Counted from the stretch's first letter, positions 10,311 to 22,070 are shown. The stretch: 38,878 nucleotides of DNA from Octopus sinensis (GCF_006345805.1 NW_021835718.1:1-38878), one strand, 5' to 3'. The notes: generated by a model not told the origin, from the letters alone. Program-made: numbers and translations.

Positions 10311-10527
10311 TATTTATATAGAGATTTAGATGAATATGGTACTTAAGTTGAGGCACCAGAATTTAGTACGGTATTAACCATACAATTTCAAAGTAAGGTG
10401 ATTAAAATCAAAATAAACAACAGGATATCCAGAGGTAAATGGAGTCGCATGAAACGATTGTATTGCATTACCTCGGGATATCCTGTTACTTATTTTGATA
10501 CACACACACACACACACACACCACTCA

Positions 10528-10537
<10 letters not shown>
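10122..10537 (+). repeat. Source copy of the 416-bp duplication
   Basis: Contiguous with the 5' half of its SINE (9944-10121), unlike the copy at 7315. Confidence 0.9.
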
Positions 10538-10572
<35 letters not shown>

Positions 10573-10964
10573 GGAACACACGAGTTGATATGTATAAGGA
10601 AAACAGGACAAGGTAGAAAATGCTTAAATAATTTTATCATGAAAAACATCTTGGTACCGGTTTCAGTCTTTGTGACTTCTTGAACTGATAGTAAAAAACA
10701 GTAAAAAAGAGAGACAGAGACAGACATACAGAAAAGGGAAATGCCACTTGCATTTGAAAACTACGTAAATATTTTTTTAAAAAAACATTTCATTTAATCT
10801 TTCCACAATTTAATTGTTTTTCGTGCTTTACTCTAAGTTGAAAAAGTGGCAAAGACTGGAACAAGTAAAAAATGTTCTTCATGATAAAATTATTTTAACA
10901 TTTTCTACCTTGTCTTATTTTCCTTATGTAAATATATATGTGTGTGTGTGTGAGCGTGTATAAT

Positions 10965-11125
<161 letters not shown>

Positions 11126-11571
11126 CACAGGCAGACAGACTTAATTTATTGCAGCATCCAGTGATATTCCATCTCGTCACCACTCTCGTTAGATGATTGC
11201 TCTGAAGTCAGGAGATGTAAAGTGAATTGAATTGAGGTGTGTGCATATGTCTGTTTGTGTATATGTCTGTCTGTATGTATGTATGTCGGTATATAATATT
11301 GATTTAAGTTGAGATACTGTATTTTCTTTACTTGTTTTTGTTTTTTTTTGTTTCAATATATTTTTTTACTCTTCTTGAAATGTTTACGGATTAAGTAAAC
11401 AGACCACAAAAGCTCAGGTGAAGTCAATATATTGTATATATTAGTTCAAGCCATTTCATTACTCGTTATTAAGCGGCTATCATGAGGTAGGAGTGATGAC
11501 TGGTTGTGAAAACTCGTGTAAACCCGGGCCTTGCTACCATAAATTATGAATGTACGTATGTGTATATGTCA

Positions 11572-11700
11572 GTATTCAGTTTTATTTCAAGATTTCTTGC
11601 CAAACGAAAGATAGAGCCGGTCTCTAACCTAAATCCAAGGCTACTTCATTGAAATTTCAGCAACATCAACAGGGTATTTTTGTATGTATGTATGTATGAT
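11572..11700 (+). mobile_element. About 110-bp interspersed repeat embedded in (TATG)n
   Basis: ttcagttttatttcaagatttcttgcc...gagccggt.tctaacct..atccaagg...ttcattg.aatttca...catcaacagggtatt, also found at 19180, 19371, 19729 and 20049. Confidence 0.65.
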
Positions 11701-11702
11701 AG

Positions 11703-11960
11703 AGGCGCAATGGTCCAGTGGTTAGGGCAACGGACTCGCGGTCGGAGGATCGCGGTTTCGATTCTCAGACTGGGTGTTGTGTGTGTTTATTGAGCGGAAA
11801 CAACTAAAGCTCCAGGAGGCTCCGGCAGGGTGTGGTGGCAAAGAAGACTGATCTAAATGCCAGGTTTAGAACACTAGGGGCGATTTGTTCGACTAACTCC
11901 GGCAAGGTGGTGCTCCAGTATGGCCTTAGTCCGGTGATTTGAAGAAATAAAGAGACAGAA
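11703..11960 (+). mobile_element. Family C 5' part fused to a family A 3' end
   Basis: 11703-11838 matches 8625-8760; 11875-11955 matches the family A tail gatttgttcgactaa...ggtggtgctccagtatggcc. Confidence 0.65.
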
Positions 11961-12480
11961 GTTAAAACACCATGTGAAACCCCGAAGGCCTTTAAATTGT
12001 AAGGTCTATGAATTTTATTCATTGGGGATGAAGGTTCTCACAAAGAGGGTCTGAAAATCTGAAGAGATCGCGAATGAACTTAGCCAAGGTTTTCAAACTT
12101 GTTTGAAGTGTGCACTAATGGAATGCGTTATGCGCTAAATAGTAAACCAAGTAGGTGAGCTGATGTGGGAGACCTCTATGTGGATACTTAATCTGCGAAT
12201 TATATTTGATATTCTGAGCTCTTTCCTGGGTACCTTTCTTAGGTCATAAAGCCAGGTAAAATGTACACATTGCAAAATGTGACTCAATATGCTTTATGCC
12301 CATGAAAAAAAGATCATGATGGTAGGTATGTTTGGTCAAAGCTTTCCTGGGGGTAAACAAGGTAATCCATGAGAGTGAATAGTACAGTTCTCTTAATGGT
12401 TTATAAGACTCATATTTTCCCAAAAATAAATGTAAAAAATTACGCCGGGACTTATGCACAAACCTGGGTCTCCCATAAAT

Positions 12481-12795
12481 TGGCACTCCATTAGTTACGA
12501 CGACGAGTGTTCCAGTTGATCCAATCAACGAAATAGCCTGCTTCTGAAATAAACATGTAAGTGGCTGAGCACTCCTCAGACACGTGTACCTGTAACGTTT
12601 TTCTCATGGAGATTCAGCGCGACACAGAAGGACAAGGATTGCTGTTTGAAATACAGGTACCTCCTCATTTTTGCCAACTGGGTGGACTGGAGCAACGTGA
12701 AATAAAGTGTCTTGCTCAAGGACACACCGCGTCGCCAGGAATTGAACTCATGACCTTGTGATCGTGAGCCGAATGCCTTAACCACTAAGCCACGT
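12481..12795 (-). mobile_element. SINE family F (D/E-type head and core with the family C 3' half)
   Basis: Head acgtggcttagtggttaaggcattcggctcacgatcacaaggtcatgagttcaattcc; tail ...gagtgctcagccacttacatg...ggaacactcgtcgtcgtaac as in family C. Confidence 0.8.
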
Positions 12796-12991
12796 ATATC
12801 CCATAAGTTTTAATTTACTAAAAACTTTCTTTTCTTCTGAAGTTGAGATACACCTCATAGTCCATGCATCTTTTACGCCATCAAATGCGGTAGCTTCTTA
12901 GCTTTTTTCTCTCCGATGTCCCTAAACACGTACCAGCATCATTTGGTGGTTTGTCTAAAATATTAGCAAAAGTCTAGGGTTACTCTCTCTA

Positions 12992-13210
12992 TTACTCTTT
13001 TACTTGTTTCAGACATTTGATTGCGGCCATGCTGGAGCACCGCCTTTAGTCGAGCAACTCGACCCGGGGACTTATTCTTCGTAAGCCCAGTACTTATTCT
13101 ATCGGTCTCTTTTGCCGAACCGCTAAGTGACGGGGACATAAACACACCAGCATCGGTGGTCAAGCAATCTAGGGGGACAAACACAGACACACAAACACAC
13201 ACGCATAGAC

Positions 13211-13243
<33 letters not shown>

Positions 13244-13398
13244 TACGACGGGCTTCTTTCAGTTTTCGTCTACCAAATCCACTCACAAGGCTTTGGTCGA
13301 CCCGAGGCTATAGTAGAAGACACTTGCCCAAGGTGCCACGCAGTGGGACTGAACCCGGAACCATGTGGTTGGTAAGCAAGCTACTTACCACACAGCCA
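12992..13398 (-). mobile_element. SINE family A, full length, young
   Basis: Close match to 27051-27483 and 31475-31888; internal (TA)/(CA) tract. Confidence 0.9.
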
Positions 13399-13413
13399 TA
13401 TTTCTTTATTTAT

Positions 13414-14255
13414 GCGGCGAGCGAGTTGGCAGAAACGCTAGCACACCGGGCAAAATGCTAAGCGGTATTTCGTCTGCTGTTACGTTGTGAGTTCAAATTC
13501 CGCCGAGGTCGACTTTGCCTTTCATCCTTTCGGGGTCGATTAAATAAGTACCAGTTACGCACTGGTGTCGATGTAATCGACTTAATCCGTGTGTCTGTCC
13601 TTGTTTGTCCTCTCTGTGTTTAGCCCCTTGTGGGTAGTAAAGAAATAAGTATTTCGTCTGTCTTTACATTCTGAGTTCAAATTCCGCCGAGGTCGACTTT
13701 GCCTTTCATCCTTTCAGGGTCGATAAATTAAGTACTAGTTACACACCGGGGTCGACATAATGGACTTAATTTGTTTGTCTGTCCTTGTTTGTCTCCTCTG
13801 TGTTTAGTCCCTTGTGGGCAATAAAGAAATAAGAAGCGATCGCACGCCGGGCGAAATACTTAGCTGTATTTCGTCTGTCTTTACGTTCTGAGTTCAAATT
13901 TCACCGAGGTCGACTTTGCCTTTCATCCTTTCGGGGTCGATAAATTAAATACCTATTTCTTTACTACCCACAAGGGGCTAAACACAGAGAGGACAAACAA
14001 GGACAGACACCAGTGCATAACTGGTACTTAATTTATCGACCCCGAAAGGATGAAAGGCAACGTAGACCTCGGCGGAATTGGAACTCAGAACATAACGGCA
14101 GACGAAATACGGCTACGCATTTCGCCCGACGTGCTAACGTTTCTGCCAGCTCGCCGCCGATAAATTAAATACCAGTTGCGTACTGGGATCGATCTAATCG
14201 ACTGGCCCCTCCCCCCCAAAATTGAGGGCTTTGTGCCTAGAGTAGAAAAGATGAT
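13414..14255 (+). mobile_element. SINE family B trimer interrupted by a nested copy
   Basis: Unit starts at 13466, 13650 and 13867; the terminal unit resumes at 14159. Confidence 0.9.
13954..14158 (-). mobile_element. Nested inverted SINE family B copy with a 15-bp TSD
   Basis: TSD gataaattaaatacc at 13939-13953 and 14159-14173. Confidence 0.9.
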
Positions 14256-14459
14256 ATTATTATCTTTGTTCTTTTTGCATTTGATGACACTGAGAACGAT
14301 GTAATTAACGGTTTGTTGTTTCTGGATTTATGTTTATATATTTCAAAATTTGACAAATAGTCGAGAGACAATTGTAACGCCGATTTTTATGTCTGCGTCT
14401 AAGACAGCCCCAGATTTGTTCTGTTCTTTTCTTTCTTTCGTTCTTTCTGTCTTTTCTTC

Positions 14460-14465
14460 CTTCTC

Positions 14466-14506
<41 letters not shown>

Positions 14507-14681
14507 ATTTCTCTTTGTGTGTATATATACAGACAGACGAGTGTATATACACATACACACACACACATTACATGTATGTTAATGCGTAAGCCTGTGAGCG
14601 TATGTATATGTGTGTTTGGATATGTGTGTACATGTTTGCATGTATATCCATTTACATATGTACATATATATATATATATAT

Positions 14682-14718
<37 letters not shown>

Positions 14719-14840
14719 GATAGATAGATTGATAGATAATGATTATATAGAGGCATAAATACACACACATACATACATACATACATACATACATACATTC
14801 ATACATACATACATACATACATACACACATACATACATAA
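14460..14840. repeat. Compound (CT)n/(TA)n/(GATA)n/(CATA)n microsatellites
   Basis: Read directly. Confidence 0.9.
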
Positions 14841-15109
14841 GTAAATACAAAACAAACAATGAAAGAAAATATTTTTCCCCACCCCCGTTGTATCCTTAAC
14901 ATAACAAAGCAAGAAAGAAAGAAGAAAGGAAAGAAAGAAGGAAGGAAGGAAGGAAATAAATAAGAGAAACAATGAAACAATGAAAGAACAAGAGAAAACA
15001 AAAAAAAAACAAAAAGATATCCGTGTTATAGAATATAGAACAAATAGCTTTAATTGTTGTAACATAGAAGGAATTTGCAAAGAATGACTTTACATATCTG
15101 GTTTTACGC

Positions 15110-15247
15110 TGATGGTGGTGTCAGTAGGACCGCTGGCAGGGGAAGAAGGGCATGGCGGTTGTGGTGATGGTTGGCGGTGGTGGTTAATTATGATGGCAGA
15201 GTCGGTACTAGTTGCTATTGTTCTTGTTTTTGTTATTGTTGTTGTTT

Positions 15248-15294
<47 letters not shown>

Positions 15295-15672
15295 GGTGGG
15301 TGATAGGGGTGGGCGGGTGTTTGGAGAAATGTGGTGATGCGGGGTGCCTTGAGGGGTCGGCAATAATGATGTGATGGCGATGCTGATTTTAGGTGTGGGT
15401 GGGAGTGGGGCGAGATGAAGGTTGCAAATGATGATGATGATGATGAGGAGGAGGAGGAGGAGGAGGGTAATGGTGATGATGATGATGCCCTGATTTTGAT
15501 GGGAAGGCAATAATGATGATGATAGTGTTGTTGTTGTTACTGGTGGTGGTGGTGGAAGTTATGAAGTTATTGTAGTAGTGGCAGTGGTGAGGCCAAAGGT
15601 AATGGTGACGATAGTGGTGATGATGATAGTGGTGGTGGTGATGGTGAATTCGGGGGAAATGATGACGGAGGA

Positions 15673-15713
<41 letters not shown>

Positions 15714-15950
15714 TAGTAGTAGTAGTAGTGTTGGTGGTGGTGGTGGTGGCTTTGGCGGCGGTGCTGGAGGCACTGAGACAGTGGGTGACGAAAAACAGAA
15801 AGGAGGACTACGTAAGACGGGTGACAAGAGACGTAACGGTGGGTAGCTTCAAGAGAGAAAAAGTGGACGTAGGAGAAGACGACTGAGAAGGAAGAAGAGG
15901 GAGATGAAGCAGAAGAAGATGAGGAGGAGGAGGATGATGATGATGAAGAT
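15110..15950. repeat. Mosaic of trinucleotide repeats (GGT, GTT, GAT, GAG, AGT)
   Basis: Read directly; strongly G/T-skewed on the plus strand. Confidence 0.85.
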
Positions 15951-16878
15951 GCGAGAAAAATGTAAATTAAGAAACAGACATGATGTCATTGAAAATACAC
16001 AAAGGCGATCGTTGATGTCATACAATGTAAGGGACACACAACGTGCGAGATATATTATGTTCTCACTTATGTTTATATGTGTGTATGCATTTGTGTGTAT
16101 GTTTATGTGTGTGTATGAACCTATGTGTAAGGCACGTGCCTTCAGTAACTGCCCAGAGTTCGCCGTAGGTATTAATGAAGTCAATTGCCAGCGTTTAGAC
16201 GTGAAATAAATTGTATCTGTCTTTATGCTAAAATATTAAACATATTCTGAATTATAAAATGAATTCCAGGCGTTATGTAAACGATGATTTGCGTATTAGA
16301 AATAATTTAATCCTTCTAATATTTTATTGCGAAAAAAAAAAAAAAAGAAAAAACCCAATATCATATTTTGTATATTATACGTTTATGAATATATATTATT
16401 TTAATTGAGTCAGTCACGTGCTACACGGAGTTTCATTTGTGGGTGTACAGGATCTTCAGACAAGATATAAGCAAAATAAAATATATAATTAATCTCTACT
16501 ACCGCACAGAGTTATAACAGAAACAATTTGACATTTAACTAATTAACTCTATCGTTACTGTATTTATTTTGAGATGCTCTGTTTTTCTTTCAATTACTTT
16601 AAATACAACAAAAAAATTGGTAAAATAATTTAGTTATCATTCATCTAGTGTTAAGAACATAAATTGTGACTAAGGTTTGGTGGAAGATTTTAATTCAAAA
16701 CTTATAAAAACAAGACATTTCTACTGAGAACCAGAGCCGGTTACAGCAGGGTTGGTAACGACATTCATAATTTTAGTACGTATATTAAACATTTACCAGA
16801 TGTGTGACAGTGGCTTTTTTACTTTTGATTGTGCAGCCGTATATACGTGCGTACATACATACATACGTACTTACATGC

Positions 16879-17266
16879 GGAGGCGCAATGGTCCAGTGGT
16901 TAGGACAGAGGGCTCGCGGTCGTAGGAACGCGGTTTCGATTCCCAGACCAGGCGGTGTGAGTGTTTACTGATTGAAAACACCTACAGCTCCACGATGCTC
17001 CGGCGGGGGGTGCTGGCGAACCCTGCTGTACTCTTTCACCACAACTTTCTCGCACTCTTTCTTCCTGTTTCTGTTGTACCTGTATTTCAAAGGGCCAGCT
17101 TTGTCACACTCTGTGTCACGTTGAATCTCCTCGAGAACTACGTTAAGGGTACACGTGTCTGTGAAGTGCTCAGACACTTGCACGTTAATTTCACGAGCAG
17201 GCTATTCCGTTGATTGGATCGACTGGAACCTCCGTCGTTGTAACCGACGGTGTACCACGACGACGA
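16879..17266 (+). mobile_element. SINE family C, full length, (ACG)n tail
   Basis: Colinear with 8625-9006. Confidence 0.9.
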
Positions 17267-17470
17267 CATACATACATACATACATACATACATGCATACA
17301 TACATACATACATACATACATACATACATACATACATGCATACATACATACATACATACATACATACATACATACATACATACATACATACATACATACA
17401 TACATACATGCATGCATGCATACATACATACATACATGCATACATACGTACTTACGTACGTACATACGTA
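17267..17470. repeat. (TACA)n microsatellite
   Basis: Read directly. Confidence 0.9.
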
Positions 17471-17629
17471 CATTGGCCGTGGTCCAATAACTGAAACTAG
17501 TGAGACAAAAGATAGATGATATCCTTCGCAGACAATATATGCATGTGCGCATGCCCTGTGTATGCATGTATATGAGAGTGTGTATGTGTAAATATGTGTG
17601 TGTGTGAGTATGCATGGGTGCATATCTAT

Positions 17630-17830
17630 TATTTATTTCAGTCATTAGACTGCGGGCCATGCTGGGGCACCGACTTGAAGTTTTAGTCGAATAAATCGAC
17701 CCCAGTACATTTTTTAAATCGGTTCTTATGCCGAACCGCCATGTAACGAGGAAGTAAACACACCGACAACGGTTGTCAAAGGAACAAACACAGACACGAA
17801 GACATACAAAACGCACACACACACACACGC
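17630..17830 (-). mobile_element. SINE family A 3' half
   Basis: tttcagtcattagactgcgggccatgctggggcacc...gccgaaccgc...gtaaacacaccgacaacggttgtcaa. Confidence 0.75.
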
Positions 17831-17984
17831 ACACACACACACACATATATATATATACATATACATATATGTATGTTTATTTATATATATATATGATATA
17901 TAATATAAATAATATATAAATATATGCATATATACATACATATATGTACATACCTACATATATATGTATATATACATGAATATA

Positions 17985-18175
17985 TGGGTACAGGACATCA
18001 AAAAAACACAATGAGAAACGAAAACATAAAAACAAAAACATAGAAACGAACTTTTTTCGAACAACGAAAAAAACAAACAGCGAAACAACACCTACAACAT
18101 AAAGAATATTCCTCTTCCTCAGTTGTCCCTGTTACATCTACTCCACGTTTCGAAGGTAATATAATACATTATATG
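17985..18175. mobile_element. Possible Penelope-like element terminal remnant
   Basis: A-rich body ending ...ctccacgtttcgaagg; the cgaaacgt motif is typical of PLE repeats as recalled; no ORF. Confidence 0.3.
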
Positions 18176-18219
18176 TATTATATTTATATATACACTCATA
18201 CATACATACATACATACAC

Positions 18220-18340
18220 GACAAGTGTATCAAGGATAAAGTAGAAGAAACTTGCTTGTAAGATTGAACCCAGAACCATGTGGTTTGGAAGCAAACATCT
18301 TATCACGCATTCATGTCTACACCATGTGTGCTGACACGCA

Positions 18341-18415
<75 letters not shown>

Positions 18416-18721
18416 TATATGTATGTTTATTTATATATATATATATACACATATACATATATGTATGTTTATTTATATATATATATATACATATACATAT
18501 ATGTATGTTTATTTATATATATATGATATATAATATAAATAATATATAAATATATGCATATACATACATACATACTACATACATACATACATACATACAC
18601 GACAAGTGTATCAAGGATAAAGTAGAAGAAACTTGCTTGTAAGATTGAACCCAGAACCATGTGGTTTGGAAGCAAACATCTTATCACGCATTCATGTCTA
18701 CACCATGTGTGCTGACACGCA
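18220..18721 (+). repeat. Direct duplication of a 121-bp segment (18220-18340 = 18601-18721) that includes a SINE A head fragment
   Basis: Identical by eye, period 381 bp. Confidence 0.9.
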
Positions 18722-18739
18722 CACACACACATATATATT

Positions 18740-18894
18740 TATATACATACATACATACATACATACATACATACATACATACATACACATACATACATGC
18801 ATGCATGCATACATACATACATACACATACATACATACATGCATGCATACATACATACATACATGCATGCATACATACATACATACATACATTA

Positions 18895-18951
<57 letters not shown>

Positions 18952-19130
18952 CACGTGTGTGTGTGTGTGTGTGTGTGTATTTGTGTGCATGGATTTATGT
19001 ATGTATATATGTATGTATGTATGTACATATGTATGTACGTATTTATGTATGTATGTATGTATGTAGGTATGTATGTATGTATGTATGTATGTATGCATGT
19101 ATGTATGTATTTACGTATTATGTGTATGTA
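18740..19130. repeat. (CATA)n-(GACA)n-(GT)n-(TATG)n compound microsatellite
   Basis: Read directly. Confidence 0.9.
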
Positions 19131-19135
19131 TATAT

Positions 19136-19907
19136 GTGTATTAACGTGAGTATGTATGTACGTATTTATGTATGTATGTCATTGTTCAGTTTTATTTCAA
19201 GATTTCTTGTCAATAGAGAATAATCGGTTTCTAACCTAGATCCAAGTCGTCTTCGTTGTATGTATGTATGTATGTAAGTATGTATGTATGTATGTATGTA
19301 TGTATGTAGTATGTATGTATGTATGTATGTATGTATGTATGTATGTATATATGTATTTACGTATGTATTTCATTGTTCAGTTTTATTTTAAGATTTCTTG
19401 CCAATAGAAAAAGAACCGGTTTCTAACCTAGATCCAATGTGTCTTCATTGGAATTTCAACAGCATCAACAGAGTATTTTATTATGTATGTATGCATGTTT
19501 GTATGTATGTATGTTTGTATGTATGTATATGTGCAGATTTGTATGCATGTATGTATATATGTGTTTGTACATCCGTATTTACGTGTGTCTGTATGTATAT
19601 CTATGTATGTATGTTTGTATGCATGTATGTATGTATTCATGTTTGTATGTACGTTTTTACATCCGTATTTACGTATGTATGTATGTGTATTAACGTGAGT
19701 ATGTATGTACGTATTTATGTATGTATGTCATTGTTCAGTTTTATTTCAAGATTTCTTGTCAATAGAGAATAATCGGTTCCTAACCTAGATCCAAGTCGTC
19801 TTCGTTGTATGTATGTATGTATGTACGTATGTATGTATGTATGTATGTATGTATGTATGTATGTATGTATGTATGTATGTATGTATGTATGTATGCGTGT
19901 ATGTATG

Positions 19908-19941
<34 letters not shown>

Positions 19942-20352
19942 TGTAGGTATGTATGTATGTATGCGTGTATGTATGTATATATGTATGTATTCACGTACTT
20001 ATGTATGTATGTATGTATGTATGTATATATGTATTTACGTATGTATTTCATTGTTCAGTTTTATTTTAAGATTTCTTGCCAATAGAAAAAGAACCGGTTT
20101 CTAACCTAGATCCAATGTGTCTTCATTGGAATTTCAACAGCATCAACAGAGTATTTTATTATGTATGCATGTTTGTATGTATGTATGTTTGTATGTATGT
20201 ATATGTGCAGATTTGTATGCATGTATGTATATATGTACGTTTGTACATCCGTATTTACGTGTGTCTGTATGTATATATCTATGTATGTATGTTTGTATGC
20301 ATGTATGTATGTATTCATGTTTGTATGTACGTTTTTACATCCGTATTTACGT
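19136..20352 (+). repeat. Tandem duplication (19136-19684 and 19685-20352), each unit holding two copies of the (TATG)n-embedded element
   Basis: A copies at 19180 and 19729 differ by 1 nt; B copies at 19371 and 20049 are identical by eye. Confidence 0.88.
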
Positions 20353-20519
20353 ATGTATGTATGTATGTTTGTATGTATATATGTTTTTATGCATGTATGT
20401 ATGTACATTTCTACATCCGTATTTACGTGTGTAAGTATGTATATGGTTGGGTGGTAAGGAGCTTTCTTCCCAAATACATGGTTCCAGGGGCTGCATGTGT
20501 GTGTGGCAAGGCTTCCTCA

Positions 20520-20791
20520 CAGTTTTCGTCTATCAAATACATTTACACGGCTGTAATAGAAAGCACATACTCAAGCACTAGCGTAGCAGAGGTGAGGCGA
20601 CATGGGTTGTAGGCTATTGCTCTTGGCAATATGTGTTTTTTGTGGGGTCCGGGGGCGTCAAACGGAAGAACCGCCCCGGGCGGCACGCACTCTAGCTACG
20701 CTGGTGTACTCAAGGTACCGCAGAGTGGCACTGAAACCGAAAGCAGCTGGTTATAAAGCGAACTTCGTAACCACACAGCCATGCTTGCGCC
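20520..20791 (-). mobile_element. Old SINE family A 5' half interrupted by a MITE
   Basis: Minus-strand head ggcgcaagcatggctgtgtggttacgaag...ggtttcagtgccactctgcggtaccttgagta. Confidence 0.65.
20576..20706. mobile_element. 131-bp MITE with CAC(C/T)AGCGTAGC TIRs and an 8-bp TSD
   Basis: TSD tactcaag at 20568-20575 and 20707-20714; left end cactagcgtagcagag versus reverse complement of right end caccagcgtagctagag. Confidence 0.78.
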
Positions 20792-21251
20792 CTTTACACA
20801 GTCATGCGGACACCTTCGGATGAAAACTGAGAAGAATTGAGATAACCACGTACCAAACTCGTTAAGAATAACATAGTTGCGTTGCTGAAGGCTATGCCTG
20901 TTCAGACTGACAAGGAGATCAAAAGATATTTCCAATTAACATAAAGAAAAGAAAAACAGAAATTTAAATGTATAAACTTTGATAGACATCTTGATCTCTA
21001 CTGAACAAACTGTTGCATTGAAAGAAGACGAATAAGTATAATAATCTTGAAACGCAAATAAGCAACATAAAGTAGAAAGAATGGCATCAATAATTAGCAA
21101 GCTACTAGATTAGGATAAAAGAAAATATTATGAAAGAAAAGAGAGAAAAAACATACCAGCACATATAACTCTACATATGTTTAGGAATACATGCAACGAA
21201 GTAAAGCAAAATGCGTATCTAATACAAGCAAGAAATTTAAAATTCAATGTC

Positions 21252-21590
21252 TGGTACTCCGTCGGTTACGATGACGAGGGTTCCAGTTGATCCGACCGAC
21301 GGACCAACTTGCTTGTGAAATTAACGTGGAAGTGGCTGACACGCGTACCCTTAACATAGGTACGCACAGATACGTGTACCCTTAGTGTGGTTCTCCGGGA
21401 GATTCACCGTGACACAGAATGTGACAAGGTTAGCCCTTTGAAATACAGACACTAGTCTCATTTACCAGCTAAGTAGACTGGAACAACGTGAAATGAAGTG
21501 TCTTACTCAAGGACACAACTCGTCGCCGGGAATTGAATCCACGACCTTACGATCCTGAGTGGAATACCCTAGCCACTAAGCCACGTGGCC
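21252..21590 (-). mobile_element. SINE family F, second copy
   Basis: Colinear with 12481-12795; tail ...ggaaccctcgtcatcgtaaccgacggagtacc. Confidence 0.8.
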
Positions 21591-21855
21591 TTTACTACTC
21601 GCAGTTTAATAACATGTCTGTCACTGTAGATCTTCTGCGCAATGATCTGCGCATCACGGAAGACAATTCCTGCAAAATATAAAATTAAAACGCAATCACT
21701 GTCCAGGTTGGCTTTGCTTTTCATTCTTCGGAGATCGATAAAATACGTACCAGCTGAGTTTTGTAGTCGATGTAATCGATTTCTCTTAACTTCAAAATTA
21801 CTGGCTTTGTGCCAAAATTAGAAAGTAAAAAACTATCATTATAATCAGCAAAAAT

Positions 21856-22070
21856 GGTGGCGAGCTGGCAGAATCGTTACGACACCCGAACAAAATGCCT
21901 CGTGGTATTTCTTCTGGCATTTTACAACCTGAGTTCAAACATCGCCGAAGTCGACTTTGCCTTTCATCTTTTCGGAGTCGATAAAATTAAGTATCACTTG
22001 AGCCCGGGATCGATGTAATCTACTTACCCTTCCCCTCAAAATTGTTGACCTTGTGCCAAAATTAGAAAGA
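21856..22070 (+). mobile_element. SINE family B monomer, flanked by further B fragments (about 21715-21830 and 22110-22210)
   Basis: Head ggtggcgagctggcagaatcgtt, central domain and 3' end present, no linker. Confidence 0.8.

Noticed and set aside
11155-11222. Plus-strand cag|...|gtaaag exon-like unit
   Set aside because: Stops in all three frames and a weak donor
16560-16762. Possible end of a piggyBac-like MITE (...gagccggttacagcagggttggtaacga)
   Set aside because: The terminal TTAA and a partner TIR are not present in the window; the resemblance rests on memory only
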